From Ktedonobacteraceae bacterium (lineage in GTDB: Bacteria > Chloroflexota > Ktedonobacteria > Ktedonobacterales > Ktedonobacteraceae): a DNA stretch of 29,397 nt. Within the stretch, counting starts at the first letter, position 1, and every line of letters begins with the position of its first letter. Position numbers and translations under genes: made by a program. This document shows positions 23,734 through 29,397 of the stretch, piece by piece. The notes under the pieces are model-generated. The model searched no databases, was not told where the DNA came from, and saw only the letters and a program-made list of their open reading frames with translations. The DNA is taken from assembly GCA_035568795.1 (NCBI GenBank), contig DATMNR010000294.1, forward strand, positions 1 through 29,397, written 5' to 3'.

Positions 23734-24651
23734 ATGGCAGTAAACGACCCACTTCACGTCAATGAGAGTGGCTTGCCACTAAATGCAATAGAATGGCTAG
23801 AAACACATCATCGCAGTAAAATGCCCGAACGTGAACAAATGATTCGGGACATTTCGTTCAAACATGGCAGCTACATTGTTGACGCAGGTTGTGGTCCAGG
23901 TCTGTGGACACCTTTATTAGCTCACGCCATTGGCTACCAGGGATGCGTACTAGGAGTCGATGTTTCTCCCGAGGCATTGGTAACTGCATACAAACGCATG
24001 CACGGGCAACGTTACGAGCGGATAGTCAAGTACAAGCACGGCCTGTTGGAACAATTACCGCTACCCTATGGTAGTGTAGAGCTTATTTTTAGTGCTAATG
24101 TCAGCCAGTACCTCCCTGAACCTGTAACGACATTCGCTGCTATGGGCCGCTATCTTGTTCCGGGCGGACGTTTGGTTATAAAGGATATCGACTTTGGCAC
24201 AATGCGTTTTCACAATATCGATACAGCATTGCAGGCGCGTGTCTTCCAGGCTCGTGAGCGTTGGGAACAGGTACGCGTAGATAGAGGATATTCTTTTGAA
24301 GATAGTTGGGTTGGTTCAAAACTTGCAAGCTATATGAGATCTGCTGGTTTCGAAGAGGTTCAAGAGAAAAGCTACCGCATTGTGCGCCATTTTCCACTTT
24401 CTCAAGATTTTCGTTTCTACTTACAGGGCATTGCAGAATGGTTTGTTTGTGAGGACGCACCTCTGCTTCATCCGGAAGATCGCAAGCATTGGTTACAATA
24501 TTTTGAAGATGGGGAACGATGTGTTTTAGATAAGCATAATTTCACGAGCGAAGAAACCGAATACGTTGTTACAGGGGTTTGGAATAAGACACTTTCAACT
24601 GTGCGTCACTTCGATATGTATTTCAACACTCTCAAAGAAGTGCTTGTCTGA
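23734..24651 (+). CDS. Class I SAM-dependent methyltransferase
   Basis: Motif I IVDAGCGPG, acidic GVDVSPE, LPLPYGSV, and YLVPGGRLVIKD. Confidence 0.92.
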   Translation: MAVNDPLHVNESGLPLNAIEWLETHHRSKMPEREQMIRDISFKHGSYIVDAGCGPGLWTPLLAHAIGYQGCVLGVDVSPEALVTAYKRMHGQRYERIVKYKHGLLEQLPLPYGSVELIFSANVSQYLPEPVTTFAAMGRYLVPGGRLVIKDIDFGTMRFHNIDTALQARVFQARERWEQVRVDRGYSFEDSWVGSKLASYMRSAGFEEVQEKSYRIVRHFPLSQDFRFYLQGIAEWFVCEDAPLLHPEDRKHWLQYFEDGERCVLDKHNFTSEETEYVVTGVWNKTLSTVRHFDMYFNTLKEVLV

Positions 24652-24654
24652 GAT

Positions 24655-24885
24655 TTAGTCTGAGCTATTCAATGCATCTACGATCAGGGCCATAGCGGAA
24701 TCACCCACAATTGTTTGCAACTCGCTATGGAGTTGACCCATCGTCTCCATACGTGCACTAATGAATTCGTGTTGTGCTGTCCCGTAAGCAAGTCCCGTCA
24801 AACCACGCTGCGCTGCTTCATATTCCGCAGTTATTTGAGAAAGTAATCTCGCCACTTCACTTCCATGTCCTTCATAGCTAAGCAT
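24655..24885 (-). CDS. Small helical hypothetical protein (SEVARL...EYEAAQRGLTGLA family)
   Basis: SD AAGGAGAG before ATG 24885; 76 aa. The motif resembles a multi-copy Ktedonobacteria family (recalled, not searched). Confidence 0.75.
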   Translation of the reverse strand: MLSYEGHGSEVARLLSQITAEYEAAQRGLTGLAYGTAQHEFISARMETMGQLHSELQTIVGDSAMALIVDALNSSD

Positions 24886-24971
24886 ATTATTTCTCTCCTT
24901 TATAACCACTTTCATATTTACCAACAGGTGAAACATAACATTCGCACCGAACGATAGTATATATTCGGTTG

Positions 24972-25001
24972 ATGTCAAACAATGTCATAACATGTATGAA
25001 C
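24972..25001. promoter_or_regulatory. Three 10-bp-phased direct repeats
   Basis: ATGTCAAACA / ATGTCATAAC / ATGTATGAAC. Confidence 0.45.
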
Positions 25002-25244
25002 AAGCCCTTCAACATATATACCTATAGTATGCATGATAGTATACTTTCTTGTCTAGTCCTTTAATGCCCTTTTTTCAGTTTGGGCGGCTGTTTAACAGAA
25101 ATCACACATTTTGATGCTTATGCATCCAGAAAAAAGCACAATATCTCAACAATTTCTCTGTTTCAATGGTAAAATTAGAGATTTGATGTCTGGAAAGAGG
25201 AAAATCGTGTGTATGCAGGTAGTACTTTCGGGATACATGCCCTT

Positions 25245-25385
25245 TGTCATCCTTCGTTTCACTCAGGATGACAAGTGCGTTGTATTATCACAAACATTCT
25301 CCACTTATCATCTTTCCATTTTGTCATCCTGAGCGTAGCGAAGGATCTCGCTTGCTAGGTCGATGCTCCTTCGCAACACTCAAAG
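25245..25385. repeat. TGTCATCCTGAG-type REP-like elements (three copies, one degenerate)
   Basis: Reverse copy 25245-25273 (self-complementary TGTCATCCT...AGGATGACA); forward copy 25322-25349; decayed inverted partner at about 25362-25385. Confidence 0.85.
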
Positions 25386-25388
25386 TTC

Positions 25389-27791
25389 TTAATTCCTTAG
25401 TGGCTTCCCTGTCATCAAAATAGCCTGCATTCGATCCTGTGACTTCTCCGTTCCAGCGAGACTTAGGAATGCTTCACGTTCGAGGTCAAGTATGTATTGT
25501 TCTGTGACAGGTGTAACAGGAGAACATTCACCGCCTGTTACAACGCGCGCAAGGTGACTGCTAACGACAACATCATGCTGGCTGATCTTCCCTGTAAGTA
25601 GCAGATTTTCTAACTGCTGCTCCAGCACCAGGCGAGCGCCAGGCCCTGGCAAAAGCAGCATGGGAGGTTGTGCTGGCTGCCATTTTCCAGTCTCACGCTC
25701 ATCAGCCAGACGCAGAGCATCGACTTTGGCGTCGCGCAATAGCAGGTCGCGATTGACAGTAACAGCATCACTCTTACGTAAGAACCGCAGATCTTGCGCA
25801 TCCGCTGCGCTGGTAGAGACAGTAGCAAATGCAATAGTCTCAAAAGCACGGCGTGAAGGTGTAAAGGGTCCACCTGTTTTACGCGCCATCTGATCTTCTA
25901 AGGTTGCCCCCAGGCGCACAAGCAGTTCTTTACACCCGCCACCGGCAGGAATCAATCCGACGCCTACTTCAACAAGGCCAATATACGACTCCGCGTGCGC
26001 ACGCACATGATTGGCATGCATAATGATTTCACAGCCACCGCCCAGAGCGCGTCCCGATGGAGCTGCTACGATCGGAATAGGACTATACTTGAGTAGCTGG
26101 TGAGCCTGCTGAAGTCCATTGATCGCCGCCTCTATCTCTTTCCATTGACCGGCCTTCGCTCCCATGAGAACTAGCATGAGGTTAGCCCCGGCCGAGAAAT
26201 CCATCGCATCATTGTTCAGAACCACGGCGCGGAATTGCTTCTGGCCTTCCTCAGCGACATAGCGAAGCGTTTCAATAATGCCCTCGTCTATAGCATTCAT
26301 CTTGGTATGGAATTCAAGACAGGCCACACCATCACCAATGTCGATCAATGAGGCAGATTCATTGTCGCGTATTACCTTATTGGAAGACTTTGCTGCTGCC
26401 AGTGAGATGGCGCCATTTGGCACAGGCTCGGGTTTGTATGTATCCGTGTTGAAATCATAATACTGGCGATTTCCCGTTGTTCCAATATAGAACGTGCCCT
26501 TCCCTTTGCTCTTCACACGCTGCACCAACTCGGGCAATTCCTGCGAACCAGTGCCATCATCTAGCACTTTTTGCAAAATGTCGGGATGCTGCAACAATAC
26601 ATCCCATGTCTCGAAGCTGCCCATCTCGAAATTGAAACCCCAGCGGATTGCCTCGTCAATCGCTACAATACTATCGGCAATCTCTTGAGCGTGATTGGCA
26701 GCATAGATAAGAGAATCGGCAGTCGTCTCGCGAGCCAATTTCCCGGCGCGATCATCAGCAGCCAGCATAGTCAACACGCGTTGCACAGGGTCATCGATGT
26801 TACGGACAGCGCCAAGTGATGGATAACGTACCTTCTGTTGCGGTTCATACTCGAGCGTCTTCAGATTCAGCTCCAGAATTGTCGTTTCGCCCGAAGGACT
26901 TTTAATGCGCTTATAGAATCCCTGCCCACTCTTCTCTCCCAGCCAGCCCCGGCGTATGATCTCGCGAAAGAATTCCGGTAGACGGAAAGTTTCCCGCTGC
27001 TCATCACCTGGCACATTTTCGTAAAGATTATCAGCTACGTTTACAAGCGTATCGAGACCTGAGAGGTCGCCTGTGCGAAATACAGCAGACCTGGGGCGTC
27101 CCATACTCGGACCCAGGATTGTATCCACTTCGCCAATGGTATAACCTTCGTTCAATGTGCGGTAAACTGTCGACAATGATCCATAAACACCTATGCGATT
27201 GGCGATAAAATTCGGCGTGTCCTTACACAGCACTACGCCTTTCCCTAGCACCTCTGTGCCGAACTCTTGCATGAATTGCAGCAATGCAGGTTCGGTGACA
27301 ACATCAGGAACAATCTCCAGCAGGCGCATATAGCGCACAGGATTGAAGAAATGGGTGATGAGAAAGTTGCGACGAAATGCTTCGCTACGTCCCTCTGTCA
27401 GCATATAAGCTGGTATGCCAGACGTGTTAGAGGTAATAATTGTGCCAGGTCTCAATACCGTTTCTATTTTTGCATATAGCGAACGCTTAATGTCCAACCG
27501 CTCAACGACAGCCTCGATGATCCAATCAACATCGGCCAGCTTACCCAGGTCGTCTTCGATGTTACCTGCCGTGACAAGTTTAGCTGCTCTCTTACTATAA
27601 AACGCGGCAGGTCGTGCAGTTATGGCCCTCTCCAGGCCCATCCGTGCTATTTTATCGCGATCCTGGCCAGCATCAGCAGGCACAATATCCAGCAAAAGGC
27701 TAGGAATACCAACATTGGCTAAATGAGCAGCAATCGCAGCACCCATCACGCCAGCTCCCACAACCGCTGCCTTCCGAATCTCGTACACCAT
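25389..27791 (-). CDS. fadN: 3-hydroxyacyl-CoA dehydrogenase / enoyl-CoA hydratase (FadN/YusL-type multifunctional)
   Basis: Rossmann VVGAGVMG, IEAVVE, SNTSG, HFFNP, PNFIANRIG. C-terminal crotonase FSAGANL...ALGGGCE...GLVEVGVGLIPAGGG. ATG 27791 with SD AAAGGA. Confidence 0.93.
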   Translation of the reverse strand: MVYEIRKAAVVGAGVMGAAIAAHLANVGIPSLLLDIVPADAGQDRDKIARMGLERAITARPAAFYSKRAAKLVTAGNIEDDLGKLADVDWIIEAVVERLDIKRSLYAKIETVLRPGTIITSNTSGIPAYMLTEGRSEAFRRNFLITHFFNPVRYMRLLEIVPDVVTEPALLQFMQEFGTEVLGKGVVLCKDTPNFIANRIGVYGSLSTVYRTLNEGYTIGEVDTILGPSMGRPRSAVFRTGDLSGLDTLVNVADNLYENVPGDEQRETFRLPEFFREIIRRGWLGEKSGQGFYKRIKSPSGETTILELNLKTLEYEPQQKVRYPSLGAVRNIDDPVQRVLTMLAADDRAGKLARETTADSLIYAANHAQEIADSIVAIDEAIRWGFNFEMGSFETWDVLLQHPDILQKVLDDGTGSQELPELVQRVKSKGKGTFYIGTTGNRQYYDFNTDTYKPEPVPNGAISLAAAKSSNKVIRDNESASLIDIGDGVACLEFHTKMNAIDEGIIETLRYVAEEGQKQFRAVVLNNDAMDFSAGANLMLVLMGAKAGQWKEIEAAINGLQQAHQLLKYSPIPIVAAPSGRALGGGCEIIMHANHVRAHAESYIGLVEVGVGLIPAGGGCKELLVRLGATLEDQMARKTGGPFTPSRRAFETIAFATVSTSAADAQDLRFLRKSDAVTVNRDLLLRDAKVDALRLADERETGKWQPAQPPMLLLPGPGARLVLEQQLENLLLTGKISQHDVVVSSHLARVVTGGECSPVTPVTEQYILDLEREAFLSLAGTEKSQDRMQAILMTGKPLRN

Positions 27792-27793
27792 TG

Positions 27794-28990
27794 CTACGAC
27801 ATCCTTTCGATAATCGTTGCCAGGCCTTGACCACCACCAATGCAAAGTGTGGCAATTCCAAACGTCTTATCATAAGTTTGCAAATCGTTAATGAGCGTGG
27901 CAATAATACGCGCCCCGCTGCATCCTAATGGGTGTCCAAGTGCAATCGCTCCTCCGTGCGGATTGAGTTTCTCTTCATCGATCCCCATTGCTTTTACAAC
28001 CGATAGTGTCTGTGCGGCAAATGCCTCGTTGATCTCAATAATATCAATATCGCTCAGTTGCATACCCGCGCGTTGGAGAGCCTTCTTCATGGCAGGCACA
28101 GGACCAATCCCCATGATATCCGGGCGCACACCCGCAACTGCCATCGAGTGTACCTTCGCTAATGGCGTAATACCCAGGTCGCGCGCTTTCTCAGCAGACA
28201 TCAGCACAGCAGCAGCGGCGCCATCATTCAACGGACTCGAATTGCCAGCAGTAACCGATCCACCTTTAATAAAGGCTGGTTCGAGACTGGCTAACTTTTC
28301 CAACGAAGTATCGCGACGTGGGCCTTCGTCGATTTCCATCAGTCCACCATTAGGTAGAGGAACAGGGACGATCTCACGTTTGAACACGCCATTCGCAGTA
28401 GCAGCTAAGGCCCTCTGGTGACTGCGCAGCGCGAAAGCATCCTGGGCTTCTCGGCTAATGTTGTATTCGCGAGCAAGATTTTCCGCGGTTATACCCATCG
28501 GAATATAACTGGAATAGCCATACTCCAACTCGGATGGAGGATATGGCGAACTAACTTTCTCACCTTCGCGAGGCTTCATGAGGCGAGGATTGAAGCTAGG
28601 ATTAAACCCACCCATTGGCACCCTCGACATGTTCTCAACACCACCAGCTACGAAGACATCACCCATACCCAGCATGATATTCTGTGCAGCCATGTTTACA
28701 GCCTGCAAGCTGGAGGCGCAGAAGCGATTGACAGTCACGCCACCCGCTGTTTCCGGCAATCCCGCAAGTGCTCCAACAAGGCGCGCAAGGTTCATTCCCT
28801 GCTCACCTTCAGGAAAAGCACAGCCCAAAATGACATCTTCAATAAGTGAACGATCAAGTCGAGGCACGCGATCAACCGCCGCTCTGACAGCAATAGCGGC
28901 AAGATCATCTGCTCGTACATTTCTGAGTACACCCTTGTTCGCTCGCCCGATAGGTGTGCGCACCGCACTGACAATAACAGCTTCTGGCAT
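27794..28990 (-). CDS. fadA: Acetyl-CoA C-acyltransferase (3-ketoacyl-CoA thiolase)
   Basis: VNRFCASSL, NEAFA, GAIALGHPLGCSG and TLCIGGGQG; in an operon with fadN. Confidence 0.96.
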   Translation of the reverse strand: MPEAVIVSAVRTPIGRANKGVLRNVRADDLAAIAVRAAVDRVPRLDRSLIEDVILGCAFPEGEQGMNLARLVGALAGLPETAGGVTVNRFCASSLQAVNMAAQNIMLGMGDVFVAGGVENMSRVPMGGFNPSFNPRLMKPREGEKVSSPYPPSELEYGYSSYIPMGITAENLAREYNISREAQDAFALRSHQRALAATANGVFKREIVPVPLPNGGLMEIDEGPRRDTSLEKLASLEPAFIKGGSVTAGNSSPLNDGAAAAVLMSAEKARDLGITPLAKVHSMAVAGVRPDIMGIGPVPAMKKALQRAGMQLSDIDIIEINEAFAAQTLSVVKAMGIDEEKLNPHGGAIALGHPLGCSGARIIATLINDLQTYDKTFGIATLCIGGGQGLATIIERMS

Positions 28991-29072
28991 ATGTTTCTTT
29001 CTCCTTACAGCATGTAAATGCTATAGTATTCCTTATTCAAAAAAATACTCCTAACACCCCCCATGATCTTTC

Positions 29073-29113
29073 GTAGGTGCCGATTTATCGCGCACACCGC
29101 CGATTCATCGGCC
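29073..29113 (+). repeat. GTAG-tagged REP-like palindrome
   Basis: GTAG-GTGCCGATTTATCGCGCAC followed by CCGATTCATCGG. Confidence 0.7.
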
Positions 29114-29177
29114 ATTGGTGGGTCTTCACTATTGCGCCTCCACCATTTATCATACCCCATTTGTCACCCCTCCCACT

Positions 29178-29205
29178 TGTCATCCTGAGCGCAGCGAAGG
29201 ATCTC
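29178..29205 (+). repeat. TGTCATCCTGAG-type REP-like element
   Basis: TGTCATCCTGAGCGCAGCGAAGGATCTC, nearly identical to the copies at 11739 and 25322. Confidence 0.85.
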
Positions 29206-29397
29206 CCTCGCCATGCAGTGCTTCCGCCGCATGCTTCAACCTGTCCAACGAATCTTCTACTCCTCTATGAAGCACACCAGCCCCAAAGTGTTCAATCAGC
29301 CAGCCCATCCATCCTGGAGGGAGGGTAAAGTCTCACCCATATTGCACGCGACAGGACATAGCATCTACGGGTGTACAAGTAAGAGTAGCATGATCAA

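Noticed and set aside
25111-25332. 73 aa ORF on the plus strand
   Set aside because: No SD or recognisable domain, and its 3' part is translated REP sequence (VILRFTQDDK). The ORF at 29077-29328 (VILSAAKDL) and those at 7976-8161 and 16632-16910 are also repeat-derived.
27891-29054. Long antisense ORFs over fadA (27891-28421, 28418-28849, 28578-29054); likewise over the kinase, RR, minD and fadN
   Set aside because: Shadow frames of conserved genes, with no independent RBS or domain evidence.
7955-29205. Repeated palindromes as a CRISPR array
   Set aside because: Copies are dispersed, not regularly spaced with unique spacers, and no cas genes are present.

Overview
A 29.4 kb stretch of bacterial chromosome, mostly core and regulatory genes. 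I found no CRISPR array, rRNA, tRNA, integrase or transposase. The gene families and intergenic palindromes suggest class Ktedonobacteria (Chloroflexota, filamentous and spore-forming); this is inference from memory of these families, not a search result. Gene order: a 5'-open ECF-like sigma factor coupled to an HD-GYP phosphodiesterase; a GC-richer HisKA_3/NarL two-component pair; minCDE; an aldose-epimerase-like gene; an FtsH; a PaaI thioesterase; a coiled-coil protein; PAP2; GNAT; a divergent KAS III; a CxxC-x17-CxxC zinc-ribbon protein; an MBL hydrolase; a transglutaminase-like gene plus a double-FHA membrane protein; cdd; then an orphan OmpR regulator, a degenerate GGDEF-T2SSE_N fusion and a BldC/Xis-like HTH protein; a membrane protein; a methyltransferase; a small helical protein; and fadA-fadN. 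Two families of REP-like palindromes occupy many intergenic gaps. The best leads are: (1) the RR / GGDEF(RxxD)-T2SSE_N / BldC-like module, with 10-bp-phased repeats and palindromes in its promoters, a possible c-di-GMP-linked developmental circuit; (2) a ~210 nt leader of the zinc-ribbon gene with mutually exclusive pairings; (3) a ~175 nt structured intergenic RNA candidate; (4) a probable ACG start codon for the FHA gene. All structures, counts and coordinates were read by eye.
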